Below the pieces are notes generated by a model. The model ran no database searches and was not told the origin of the DNA. It saw nothing but the letters and a program-made list of their open reading frames with translations. From a virus (lineage: Duplodnaviria > Caudoviricetes), in the IMG/VR virus record IMGVR_UViG_3300031687_000016, positions 1 through 54,735 of that record: a stretch of DNA of 54,735 bases. The stretch is one strand, 5' to 3'. Shown piece after piece: positions 28,753 through 38,227 of the stretch; the stretch's first letter is position 1; each line of letters opens with the position of its first letter. A program made the position numbers and the translations under genes.

Positions 28753-29079
28753 TTAATTTATTGCTATTGAAGCAAGAGGGTTAGTAACTATTCCTGTTGT
28801 TGGAGCTGTTGTTGATCCTACAGGAAAATATTTAGTTGCTACATTTGTCCATCCAGTTTTAAGAGCTTCACTCATAGCGTTCTGAACTGAAACCGCTAAT
28901 AAAGGTGGAGCTGTTGCTACTGCAAAAGTTAATGTTGCAACCTTTGTGTTAATATAAGCAAGTGTTACCGCAGTTGTAGATGTCTGTGTTACAGATACTA
29001 CATCTTTAATTGAAACAAGTTGCTCTTGGTTGTTTGCACCATTGGCGTCTAAGACGGGGATGCTAAGAAATTTTTCCAT
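28753..29079 (-). CDS. Putative capsid decoration/auxiliary protein, paralog 2
   Basis: MEKFLSIP...QLVS...QNAMSEALKTGWTN. Confidence 0.55.
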   Translation of the reverse strand: MEKFLSIPVLDANGANNQEQLVSIKDVVSVTQTSTTAVTLAYINTKVATLTFAVATAPPLLAVSVQNAMSEALKTGWTNVATKYFPVGSTTAPTTGIVTNPLASIAIN

Positions 29080-29466
29080 AATAAATAATGTGATTAAGGT
29101 TAATAATTGTTATAATTTAACTATAGCTGACACTTGAAACGTAGGGCTAAATACTAAAGCTGGATTAGTCCATGACGATTGTAATGCCTCAACTACTGCA
29201 ATTTGTAATTCTTGTCTAAATTGAGTTCCAGAATTTGTTGCCGATGGCGCTCCTACAGTTGCATGAGTAATCTGAACTTCAGAGTTATCTCCATACCATA
29301 AAGTTGTTGTTGTTGCGGGATTAGCACCAGGCCCTGCCTGATCTCCTACCTCTATAACTTTGATGTCCGTACAAGGCACTAATTGATAGTTTACTATAAC
29401 TCCAGCAGCCCAAATTGGTACGCTTAAAAATTTTTCCATAATAAATAATGTGATTAAGGTTAATAA
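29068..29466. repeat. Exact 39-bp direct repeat (29068-29106 and 29428-29466), period 360 bp
   Basis: aaatttttccataataaataatgtgattaaggttaataa occurs twice, covering 27 nt of leader and the first four codons of two paralogs. Confidence 0.95.
29110..29439 (-). CDS. Putative capsid decoration/auxiliary protein, paralog 1
   Basis: MEKFLSVP...QLVP...QIAVVEALQSSWTN. Confidence 0.55.
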   Translation of the reverse strand: MEKFLSVPIWAAGVIVNYQLVPCTDIKVIEVGDQAGPGANPATTTTLWYGDNSEVQITHATVGAPSATNSGTQFRQELQIAVVEALQSSWTNPALVFSPTFQVSAIVKL

Positions 29467-29470
29467 AGAA

Positions 29471-29478
29471 CAAAGATA
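29471..29478 (-). promoter_or_regulatory. Bacteroidota-type -7 promoter box (TATCTTTG)
   Basis: caaagata on +, intergenic, just upstream of the first 39-bp leader repeat. Confidence 0.65.
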
Positions 29479-29484
29479 GATAAA

Positions 29485-30237
29485 CTATTTTTTATTATTT
29501 AAGCTCTTTTTTAAAAGTTTATATGTTTCTAGGCCGTCATCAGACTGCATATATGAAGCTACAATGTAATACGCTTCTTCTCCAAAAGGAACAGTAAGCA
29601 ATTTGCTTTTATTCTTTTTAAGATTAAAATAAACGTCTTTCTCTCCATTTTGAAAAGTAAGAAATCCTTCTTCAAAAAATTGAGCAACTACATTGGTCAA
29701 CTCTAACATTGGATCATCTAATACCTCCATAAATTCATAAGGCTGATGTTTTGCAAAAAGCAATACGTCTCTTTTCAATTCAGGTATAGACATTTTGTCT
29801 ACTGAAGCCCCTAAGAAAACTCTACACACGCTTATTAATTTATCTGTTTCTAGTTCTCTTGCTAAAATTTGTGCATCTAACTCTATCTCTACACTTTCTA
29901 ATTGTTCAGCAGCATCTCTTTTAGCGTTAATCTCTTCAAATACATTTCCGTTACCAGGATGTATAGCTAAAAATTTCTGTAATACTTGATTTTCTTTTGA
30001 TACTGCAAGCATTCCATCTTCAAAAACAATAGGTTCTAATATTGCATTACCGTCTTGCTCGTCTTCAAATGGACTTTTTTGGTTTTTTGCATAACGAAGA
30101 GGTCTGTTAACTCCTTGCTCTTCATCAAAATACATTAGTGTGCTTCTTCTGTGATGTCTTGATGCTAACATGAATGCTAAAGGTGTTTTACCTCCCATTA
30201 GCTTATATGATTTGTTTTCTATCTTTTGCTTTTTCAT
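29485..30237 (-). CDS. Virion-module protein downstream of the major capsid gene
   Basis: 250 aa; RPLRYAKNQKSPFEDEQ, IVFEDG.L.V, LQKFL..HP; function not assignable. Confidence 0.6.
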   Translation of the reverse strand: MKKQKIENKSYKLMGGKTPLAFMLASRHHRRSTLMYFDEEQGVNRPLRYAKNQKSPFEDEQDGNAILEPIVFEDGMLAVSKENQVLQKFLAIHPGNGNVFEEINAKRDAAEQLESVEIELDAQILARELETDKLISVCRVFLGASVDKMSIPELKRDVLLFAKHQPYEFMEVLDDPMLELTNVVAQFFEEGFLTFQNGEKDVYFNLKKNKSKLLTVPFGEEAYYIVASYMQSDDGLETYKLLKKSLNNKK

Positions 30238-30265
30238 TCTATTTAATTTTAAGTTTATTTAATTT

Positions 30266-30325
30266 AAAAAAAAAGGAGAGGGTTACTAAGAGAACGTTTG
30301 CATGTATGCCTTTGGCCCTCTCCTT
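30266..30325 (-). ncRNA. Candidate structured RNA element, copy B, with terminator architecture
   Basis: - strand: AAGGAGAGGG ccAAAGGCAtacatGCaAACgtTCtcTTAGTAa CCCTCTCC then T9; 10-bp stem, 33-nt loop, directly after the capsid gene. Confidence 0.55.
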
Positions 30326-30348
30326 CTATTATTGTACTACCTACCTAC

Positions 30349-31821
30349 TTACTGTTGGAATATAAAGAAGTTATTCGCTCCTAAAGTACATACAGCTCTT
30401 TCAGACAAGAAATTTACAGTCATACTATCCGTAGTATTTGTTCTTGCACCACCAGCAGAACCAGTAATCCAAGTCTTGTAACGTCTGTCTTCAGATTCTG
30501 AAGCTCTGTATCTAACATGAAGGAATGGTCTTTTAGCATTCTTCCCTAAGATTTGGTCATAAACAGTAGTTGAACCAGCAGGAACCATAAGTCCATTTAC
30601 TCGTCCACCTTCTATACCACCTCTCATTGTAGGATCGTTTAGGTATTTCCAGTCAGACTTATAGAAATCGTAACCTCTTCTAAATCCTGTGAAACCTAAA
30701 TTAAGAGCCATCTCTTTATCATTATCAAATAAACCGTATGAAGTACCACCCGCTCCGTAAGAGTTTTGTGCAGCTAACATATCATCTATATCAAATGAGA
30801 AATTTCTATTAACGAATATTACATTCTCTTCAATAGAACCTTGTCTGTCTAATCTCTGAATAACTGAGTCAAAACCTGCTAAAGCAACTGGGTTACCTCC
30901 ACTCCAGATGTTTCCTCTGTTTTGAACCGCAAAGAAAATACCATCAGAACCAGAACCATTAGCTACACCAAGTCCAGAACCTACCGCTTGACCTTGTAAG
31001 AAATCTGCTGCACCAGAAGCCGCATCTGCTGGAACTGCTTCCACCATAGCTGTTTCTAGGTAATCTTCAAAACGTAGTCTTGTTTCATGCTCTGATTTTA
31101 GGTACCATAAGTATCCATTAGCTCCATTTTCAGTAGTAACTTCTACCCATCCAATTTGAGCCATATCAGAACCATTAACAGTATACTGGTCTTTAATAAT
31201 AATAGGCTTATTGTCAAATATTAGATCTTGAGATTCTAAAGACCCAGCCATCCCTGGTGTTCCTTTTCTAAATTCAGATCCATAAATGAACATTGTTGCA
31301 GTGTTATTTGCTCCTGCCCACGCTAATCCAGTTGCTTCATACAAAGCTACTGTAAATACACCTGCTGCTGCTGCTGTAGGTGCTACTGTTACAATTCCTT
31401 TATTAGATAATGTTGTTCCATTAGTATCTAAAGAAATCATAATTGTTTGACCTTGTCTAATTGCTCCAAACCCATTTGCTGGTGCAGTTGATGTTGGTGA
31501 AACACTAGTTAATTGTGGAGCTGGAATTGTAAAAGTAACAGTAGTAGCTCCTGCAATCGCTGGAGTTGTCATTCCTGTATACTTAGTATGTAATCTTCCT
31601 TGCTCTGCCCACTTAATCAAATCTGAGTTAGTTGGCATTTCAGCGCCTACCATTCTTAAGAATGATGCTACTGATCTATTTCCATAACGCTCAAATTCCT
31701 TCTCATAAGTATCTGGAAGATACTGATTAAGAAAGTCAAAGTTTGTTATGTAGTTTGTTGGTTGGGCAACTTGCTGCGCACTTGGCTGCAAGTTAAACCC
31801 AGGGACTGCATTTACTGGCAT
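30349..31821 (-). CDS. Major capsid protein
   Basis: 490 aa after portal and scaffold; QYLPDTYEKEFERYGNR, WAEQGRLH, YGSEF.KG, YLWYLKSEHETRLRF, NFLSERAVC motifs recalled from flavobacterial podovirus capsids. Confidence 0.85.
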   Translation of the reverse strand: MPVNAVPGFNLQPSAQQVAQPTNYITNFDFLNQYLPDTYEKEFERYGNRSVASFLRMVGAEMPTNSDLIKWAEQGRLHTKYTGMTTPAIAGATTVTFTIPAPQLTSVSPTSTAPANGFGAIRQGQTIMISLDTNGTTLSNKGIVTVAPTAAAAGVFTVALYEATGLAWAGANNTATMFIYGSEFRKGTPGMAGSLESQDLIFDNKPIIIKDQYTVNGSDMAQIGWVEVTTENGANGYLWYLKSEHETRLRFEDYLETAMVEAVPADAASGAADFLQGQAVGSGLGVANGSGSDGIFFAVQNRGNIWSGGNPVALAGFDSVIQRLDRQGSIEENVIFVNRNFSFDIDDMLAAQNSYGAGGTSYGLFDNDKEMALNLGFTGFRRGYDFYKSDWKYLNDPTMRGGIEGGRVNGLMVPAGSTTVYDQILGKNAKRPFLHVRYRASESEDRRYKTWITGSAGGARTNTTDSMTVNFLSERAVCTLGANNFFIFQQ

Positions 31822-31841
31822 TTTTTTTTGTTTTTAATTGT

Positions 31842-32966
31842 TTATAATTTTTTTAAACTTCTAATTTTGAGTCCTCTACCACTGTCGTTAAAACTAGAGC
31901 CTACAGCTCTTATTTTAGACCCATCTTTTACAACACTTTGTTGTGATTGTCTAACATCCATATTAATGTTTTTTGATTTTTTAGAAACATTATCTACAGC
32001 GTCAGTCACACCTTGGTCATAAAAGAATTTAGCATACTTGTCTGGATTCATGGCCATTGACAGAGCTTTATGATACCCTTTGGTATCGTTAATTAACCCG
32101 TCTTTATCCATGTATTTGCCTAAGAAATTATTTACATCCGATTGTTTGCTTTTTAATTCTTGTGCATCTCCAGGCTTAAAAGTCATATCTCTTTCCCCTA
32201 CATTGAACTCAAAACCTTTGAACTCATTGCTGAAAACCTCATCAGTTTTCTTAAGAAACCAATCGTACTTTTTTTTGTTTGCCTCACTAACAGTTTTTGA
32301 TTCTTCTATGTAACTCTTATAAGCACTTAAACTTTCTTTGTCATTGTCAGATAATCCACTCCCACTTGACTCAAGAGGAATTTTATATTTATCTTTTTGA
32401 TCTCCGAAATATTTCTTAGCTTTCGCAAGTTCTCTTTTTTTAGCTAATTTTAATTTCTTAATTTCTTTTGGTTCATCTTCTTCTTCATCAAAAGAAAACT
32501 TATCCTCCATCAAATCTTGAATATCTATAGCGTCTAAACCATCTTCGGTTGCGCTATAATAATTAGCTAATACTTGGTCAGAATCCATAGTATCGTAGTC
32601 TTTTTGTAATTCGTAAAAGTCTTTAATACCACGTCCTGTTTCTTTTTTAAACTTTAAATAAGCAGATACGTCTTCAGGTAACTCGTCATTGTCTTTTGTT
32701 TGCGTAAACAAATCATCTACTGAAGATATATCTCTATCATACCTATTCTTAATGTAAGAAAGCACATCTTCGTCATTTAACTCTGACGAGGGAGTTTTTT
32801 CTTCATTAGAATCTTCAGGCTTAACCTCTTCATCTAATTTTATTTCTTCTACTACATCTACAGGCTTTGTCTCTTCAAACTTTTCATCATGCTCTTTTAA
32901 AAGTTGCGCCTCTATTTCTTGTGTAGATTTTTCTTCTTTAGTAACTTCTCTTACTTTTATTTCCAT
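31842..32966 (-). CDS. Probable capsid scaffolding protein
   Basis: Highly acidic, helical 374-aa protein immediately upstream of the capsid gene. Confidence 0.7.
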   Translation of the reverse strand: MEIKVREVTKEEKSTQEIEAQLLKEHDEKFEETKPVDVVEEIKLDEEVKPEDSNEEKTPSSELNDEDVLSYIKNRYDRDISSVDDLFTQTKDNDELPEDVSAYLKFKKETGRGIKDFYELQKDYDTMDSDQVLANYYSATEDGLDAIDIQDLMEDKFSFDEEEDEPKEIKKLKLAKKRELAKAKKYFGDQKDKYKIPLESSGSGLSDNDKESLSAYKSYIEESKTVSEANKKKYDWFLKKTDEVFSNEFKGFEFNVGERDMTFKPGDAQELKSKQSDVNNFLGKYMDKDGLINDTKGYHKALSMAMNPDKYAKFFYDQGVTDAVDNVSKKSKNINMDVRQSQQSVVKDGSKIRAVGSSFNDSGRGLKIRSLKKL

Positions 32967-32986
32967 TTTATTTAATTTAATTTGTA

Positions 32987-32994
32987 CAAAGTTA
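32987..32994 (-). promoter_or_regulatory. Bacteroidota-type -7 promoter box (TAACTTTG)
   Basis: caaagtta on +, intergenic, 20 nt before the scaffold ATG. Confidence 0.65.
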
Positions 32995-33006
32995 ATGTAA
33001 TTTTAT

Positions 33007-33285
33007 TTACTTTTTTGAGCCTTTTTTTTTCATATTCCTGACTTTTTTTATTAATGCTTTTTCTTTTCTATCAGTTTTCATTAAGTCATTGTTATTCTTA
33101 TTGTGTGGATTCGTAGCGTCTCCTAATCCTTGAGGAAATGGATCTAAAAGATTACCTGCTATTGAGGTTTTAGCTCCAAAAGACAATCCCGCTTTAACAA
33201 CATTTTTTGCAATCTTAAATGCTGACTTTTTAGTCAGTCTAAATGCTTTTTGTTTTGCTCTTTTTTTTCCTGAATTTGTTGTCAT
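33007..33285 (-). CDS. Small, very basic hypothetical protein
   Basis: ORF track 33007..33321; ATG 33285 (MTTNSGKKRAKQK) follows the portal stop; Lys/Arg-rich at both ends. Confidence 0.6.
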   Translation of the reverse strand: MTTNSGKKRAKQKAFRLTKKSAFKIAKNVVKAGLSFGAKTSIAGNLLDPFPQGLGDATNPHNKNNNDLMKTDRKEKALIKKVRNMKKKGSKK

Positions 33286-33286
33286 A

Positions 33287-35725
33287 TTATCGTGGATCAA
33301 ATTCCGCCATATCAAAACCATCTAAACTATCTTCATTAGATTCAAATTTTATTGGAGGTAAGTTATTTTTTCTTTGAGTAATTAACTGAGACTGCTCAGA
33401 AGATTGCTGACTAACTCTTTTATCTTTTGCTTGTTCTCTTGCTTCTTCTCTATTGTTTAACGCTTTCTCTTGCCCTCCTTGTAATTGCATTTGCAACTGA
33501 AACTCAGTCATCATTAACTGTTCTTTTAATGCCGCTTCATTTTTAAGTTTTTCTATTTCAAATCCTATTGTAGCTTGTGCAATTTGCATTTTAGATTGAG
33601 TATCAGCTTGTATTTTAGCCATTTGTATTTGAGCTTCTGCTTGCTGAGCTTGCATATTGTTTTGTTGCTGCATCTGCATTTGCTCAGCTTGTTGTTTTTG
33701 TTCGTCCTTTTGCTTTTGCCTTCTTTTAACCTTTAAAAGCTGATTAGCCATTTTAATATTTCTAATCTCTCTAATATCAATAGCATCTTCTAGATCAATA
33801 CCTCCTTTAGATAAGGCCATTTGTATGTTTTGCTCTAACATAGCTTTTTCTTCTTCATCAGGAGACATCTCTATAAAAATACCAAAGTCATATAAGTAAA
33901 GATTTTTAATATCATCAAGTATACCTACATTATATTTACCTATTTGCATTGCAAACTCATCAGCAAAATCAGAATATTCTAATACATCCGCAGTTCTTAT
34001 TGATAAGGCCTCTGCTAAAGTTTTAGTTAAAAACAAACTAGACTCTAAAATATGACGAGTAGCTGTGTTAGAATTTAGTGCTGCTAGTTTTTGAACACCT
34101 ACCAGTGCATTTGAGTCAGGAGTAGATCCATCTCTAGCCTCGTTTAAACCAGTTACTTGTCTTATCATGTCTAAGTAGTGATTATAGTTACCAATTAACA
34201 TTTGCATCTTTTGACCTCCACTAGATGACGTAAGTTGTGTTATCGGAACTCTTGCCTGATTGTATTCCCCATCTTGGGTATAGCTTCTGCCCACCACACT
34301 ACCTGTCTGAAAATATAAACGCAAAGCATCTTCTGGAGAATAAGCATTTCCTGTTCCTAAATCTACATCATTCATTCCATCAGCATCAATAAATACACCA
34401 TCTGGGACTACTTTAGAAATTACTTGTTGTAGTTTCAAATGTGTCATTTGTATTAAATCAGCAAATGGAATCATTCTTCTCACTAAAGATTCTATATTTC
34501 CTTTATACATTCTAGGAGCTGTAGCTACATAATTAGGCATAGCATACTGACTTGCTGATTGAGGCCTTACCATGTTTTTAGCCATTTCCCACTTAATAAG
34601 AATATTAGTTCCCATAACCATAACCCCCTCATACCAAACATCTATTCTTTTTTCTACTCTTTCAAATTTTCCCTCTTCCATCATGTCTTCTGGAGGATTA
34701 AACTGATCGTCTTTTTCTACAGTTTTATAATTACCCTCTGCCGTTTCTTTCTTTTTATAAACAAAACTATTAGTAGATTTATAATTAAAATACAATAACG
34801 TGCAAGTGTCTCTATGAAACATACTATTTTCATACATTTGAGACACATTGTAATACTGATACCATGCTTGACTGTATTTAGAAATCTCTTCTAAATCTTC
34901 ATTTGTTAATTCTGGATTAATTTTTAAAACTTCTCCAATAGGAATTGTTTTAATTTCTCCCCAATAAAAACAATCTTTAAAATAAGGATCTTCCGTGTAA
35001 CTGTAAACAATATTTGCAGGATCAACATAATTTACTTTTATACCATCTCCTAATTGAAACTCATGTTTACATACAGATATACCAATAGTCATTAAATCCA
35101 TATCGCACCTTCTACGAACTTGATCGTAATGATTCTCGTCAAGTAAAGTATTAATTGCGCATTCATTAGCTATTTCAACAGCTGGCTTATAATTCATTTG
35201 CATATACAGCTCCATTTCTAAATCTGTCTCTGGTAAAGTTTCAGGATCTACTTGGAAAACATTAACGTCAAAATCTTTTTCTATTTGTTTAAATAGTGGG
35301 CCTGCAATAACATTGGTCTCTACCATTTCTTGAAACTTACCTCTTTTCTCAGAAGACATAGCGTCTTGTGCATAAGTCTTAACCGTAAAAAGTCTATCTG
35401 ACATTCCATTAACAACAATATCAACAAACTTTGGGATAATAGGAACTGGAGTCCAATCCAAATTAAGATAAGACAAATCTCCATCTACAGACATTTCGTT
35501 TTTATACTTAGCTATAGATTGCTCGCCTCTAGCATATAATCTCAAACGATTAAACTCTAACCATTGACTGTAAAACCTGCATTGGTTAACTCCTTCTTTT
35601 CTAAACCATTCGTATTGTATGGCTTGACCTATTTGCAATCCAAACTCTTTAGTTTTTTTCTCTGAATCAGATGCAAATTGATCAGGGAAAGCAGCAGATT
35701 TTATATCTATTGTTACTCCTTTCAT
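33287..35725 (-). CDS. Portal protein
   Basis: 812 aa directly after terminase; LNLDWTPVPIIPKFVDIVVNG, IRQVTGLNEARDG and a Gln-rich C-terminal coiled coil like P22-type portals. Confidence 0.88.
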   Translation of the reverse strand: MKGVTIDIKSAAFPDQFASDSEKKTKEFGLQIGQAIQYEWFRKEGVNQCRFYSQWLEFNRLRLYARGEQSIAKYKNEMSVDGDLSYLNLDWTPVPIIPKFVDIVVNGMSDRLFTVKTYAQDAMSSEKRGKFQEMVETNVIAGPLFKQIEKDFDVNVFQVDPETLPETDLEMELYMQMNYKPAVEIANECAINTLLDENHYDQVRRRCDMDLMTIGISVCKHEFQLGDGIKVNYVDPANIVYSYTEDPYFKDCFYWGEIKTIPIGEVLKINPELTNEDLEEISKYSQAWYQYYNVSQMYENSMFHRDTCTLLYFNYKSTNSFVYKKKETAEGNYKTVEKDDQFNPPEDMMEEGKFERVEKRIDVWYEGVMVMGTNILIKWEMAKNMVRPQSASQYAMPNYVATAPRMYKGNIESLVRRMIPFADLIQMTHLKLQQVISKVVPDGVFIDADGMNDVDLGTGNAYSPEDALRLYFQTGSVVGRSYTQDGEYNQARVPITQLTSSSGGQKMQMLIGNYNHYLDMIRQVTGLNEARDGSTPDSNALVGVQKLAALNSNTATRHILESSLFLTKTLAEALSIRTADVLEYSDFADEFAMQIGKYNVGILDDIKNLYLYDFGIFIEMSPDEEEKAMLEQNIQMALSKGGIDLEDAIDIREIRNIKMANQLLKVKRRQKQKDEQKQQAEQMQMQQQNNMQAQQAEAQIQMAKIQADTQSKMQIAQATIGFEIEKLKNEAALKEQLMMTEFQLQMQLQGGQEKALNNREEAREQAKDKRVSQQSSEQSQLITQRKNNLPPIKFESNEDSLDGFDMAEFDPR

Positions 35726-37971
35726 TATCTTATTATTTCACTTATTCTACTCTTATTATTATATCTCGCAAAGTTAATACTTATTTTTGAATTTTGTTGG
35801 GTCGGTGTGTATAAGTGTTTTTGATTAGCCATGATAGCCAAACCAGAACTTATAGCCGCATCAAACCTTGTTCTATTGCTAATATCAAACTTTGCCCAAT
35901 CTTCTAATGTTCTTTGAAAAAACATATCGCCCATTACATCTAAATCTCTATAAGCTCCTTCAAAATCTAAACCTATATGTTTTTCTATGTAAGATTCTAT
36001 AGCTGCGGCATGAGATTGTTTAACGTCTTCGGATGTGTTGGGAATACCTCCCAATTCTTTTTCCGTTTTAGATAATTTATTAAATCTCTTATCAGGACGA
36101 TTCATACTAAATCCTCTATAGCCTCTGTTTTTAAAATGATACAATAATCTAGGTTTATTATTTTCACATAAAATTGGCATACCGTAAAATACGCAAGCCA
36201 TTAAAACTTCTTCAAAAAATATTTCTGCCGTTTGTGGTCTTGCTATATATTCTAAAAAAAATTGATTAGAAGGCGCATCATCCATATTAAATTTTGTTAG
36301 TCCGTGTAAAGCCCCATTAGAACCCTTACCAACTACCACTCCTGAAATATCGTAAGAATCACATCCAAAAGTTCCTAAATGTTCGTTGCCAGGATGCTTA
36401 ATCCCGTTTTTCTCAACTACATTATTTTGCATATTAATTCCTGGAGTCCAAGTTACTAAAAATCTCCCACTTTTATTAGGGTGAAACACAACCTTACTAT
36501 CTTTGATTCCATTTTGCCATGAGAAGGAACCTCTTGTTGTGTGCTGACCTAACATTAGAGAATCATTATAATCAATTTGTTGATATATTTTAGTTAAATT
36601 AAATAATGATTGTTTTGATTCGTCTCTAAAAGCATGAGATTCTGTACGAGGAAACTGTCTGTAAAACTCATTTAAAGCATCAGCATCTTGAGTTAAAGAA
36701 TTTACTTCATTTTCCCAATAATCTATAGCTCCTGTACTTATATCTTCTCCATCAATACCTACAACATTATTTTTTGGAGTATATAACACAGGCATTCCAA
36801 ACTTGTCTATATATCCTTCAAAATTCCATTCCATAGGAATAAACAAATTATATAAGCCTGATTTAGTTTGGCCATTTTTATTTCTTTTTCCTCCGTCTGA
36901 GTCTTCAAATAACTTTTTAAAATTTGCACCACCTTTGTCTAACGCATTAGATGTTGAACCCATCATACATTTTCCAATAATTTTACTACCAAGCCTTAAA
37001 CAAGTTTTTGTTACTCTCCAGTTATTTAAAATGTTTTCTGGCCTTTCCCATTTTCCACTCTCATCATGCAATAAGTATTGTAATTTCTCTCCATCATAAG
37101 AGTTGTCAGAAGTGTTTTTCCAATCAATAGTTGTGTCTAATCCGTCAAGTTCTTCACTACCTATATCATACATATTTTTTTTAGTAATCTTAGAAGCAGG
37201 AACCCTGTATGCTAATTCTGTTTTTGGTTTATCCATACCATCTTGAATAGGTTTAAAAAAGAATGGGTAATTATTAGATATAGGAACAACCTTGTCTGTA
37301 AACATTTTTTTTGCATCAGCTCCAGTTTTAGAAAGTATACCAATACGAGCATCTCTAGTTATGGTAGCTTGATTTACGCCTTCGCAAGAACTCATAAACG
37401 AAAATCCAGAACGTCTTATTTTTAAGTAACACATTCCAAAACTCCTTTTATCTGCCTTACAAGCTTCCCAGAATATATAAAATATTCTATTTGCTTCTCT
37501 AAAATCTGGATGTCCAATATCTATTTTAGTCCATTGAAGATACATATAATGAGTTCCTGTAATATAAACATCAGTTCCATTATTTTTAAACCAATGCCCC
37601 TGCTCTCTTCTGTCAAATTCTTTTTCAATATAATCCACCCATTCTGCTTTAAAATTAACAGGAGCTTCATGCCATTGAAAAATACTTTGTATTCTTTTTA
37701 AAACTTTAGGAACAGGTGCGGCTTCCCATGTTTGGTTTTCTTTTTTTTCTTTTTCATTAACGAAACTTTTTGGTGCCTTTGGTAATGCTATTTTAACATT
37801 ACTTACTTCATAAACTTGACCAACAGTTCCATCTCTAGAAATAACAATAACGTCATATTTTTCATTATACCCATACTGCCATGTCTTTGCTCGGTTTTTA
37901 TTAGACAATACTCCTTTTGGAATATAATCTTTTAAGACTCTAAATATTTTATTTTGATCTTGACTCTGCAA
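35725..37971 (-). CDS. terL: Terminase large subunit
   Basis: LKIRRSGFS (Walker A), LLHDESGKW (Walker B), MGST coupling motif, FGCDSYD and RFDAAIS nuclease acidic residues. Confidence 0.92.
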   Translation of the reverse strand: MQSQDQNKIFRVLKDYIPKGVLSNKNRAKTWQYGYNEKYDVIVISRDGTVGQVYEVSNVKIALPKAPKSFVNEKEKKENQTWEAAPVPKVLKRIQSIFQWHEAPVNFKAEWVDYIEKEFDRREQGHWFKNNGTDVYITGTHYMYLQWTKIDIGHPDFREANRIFYIFWEACKADKRSFGMCYLKIRRSGFSFMSSCEGVNQATITRDARIGILSKTGADAKKMFTDKVVPISNNYPFFFKPIQDGMDKPKTELAYRVPASKITKKNMYDIGSEELDGLDTTIDWKNTSDNSYDGEKLQYLLHDESGKWERPENILNNWRVTKTCLRLGSKIIGKCMMGSTSNALDKGGANFKKLFEDSDGGKRNKNGQTKSGLYNLFIPMEWNFEGYIDKFGMPVLYTPKNNVVGIDGEDISTGAIDYWENEVNSLTQDADALNEFYRQFPRTESHAFRDESKQSLFNLTKIYQQIDYNDSLMLGQHTTRGSFSWQNGIKDSKVVFHPNKSGRFLVTWTPGINMQNNVVEKNGIKHPGNEHLGTFGCDSYDISGVVVGKGSNGALHGLTKFNMDDAPSNQFFLEYIARPQTAEIFFEEVLMACVFYGMPILCENNKPRLLYHFKNRGYRGFSMNRPDKRFNKLSKTEKELGGIPNTSEDVKQSHAAAIESYIEKHIGLDFEGAYRDLDVMGDMFFQRTLEDWAKFDISNRTRFDAAISSGLAIMANQKHLYTPTQQNSKISINFARYNNKSRISEIIR

Positions 37972-38227
37972 ACCCTTTAGGTGTAATTAATTTATTATCT
38001 ACCACGTTTCCTTCTAACAAGTTTTTCTCTTCGTCTATTCTTTTAAGAATTTCAAACGCATCAAATATAGCAAGTTTTTTTGTTGCCGCAGCATTTTTTA
38101 ATCTATCAGCAGCTAATTCATCTTCAGCGTCAAATTTAATAATATCTTCTTTTGCTACTCTTATTAATTGACTAACAGCTTTTTTAGCCGCTTCAATTAT
38201 TTGTAGTTTTAATTCTTTATTATCCAT
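37949..38227 (-). CDS. Possible terminase small subunit
   Basis: 92-aa helical protein overlapping the terL start; assignment by position only. Confidence 0.45.
   Translation of the reverse strand: MDNKELKLQIIEAAKKAVSQLIRVAKEDIIKFDAEDELAADRLKNAAATKKLAIFDAFEILKRIDEEKNLLEGNVVDNKLITPKGFAESRSK

Noticed and set aside
29068-29466. 39-bp direct repeat as a CRISPR array or attachment site
   Set aside because: Only two copies, separated by a full gene, coinciding with translation starts; no cas or integrase gene seen
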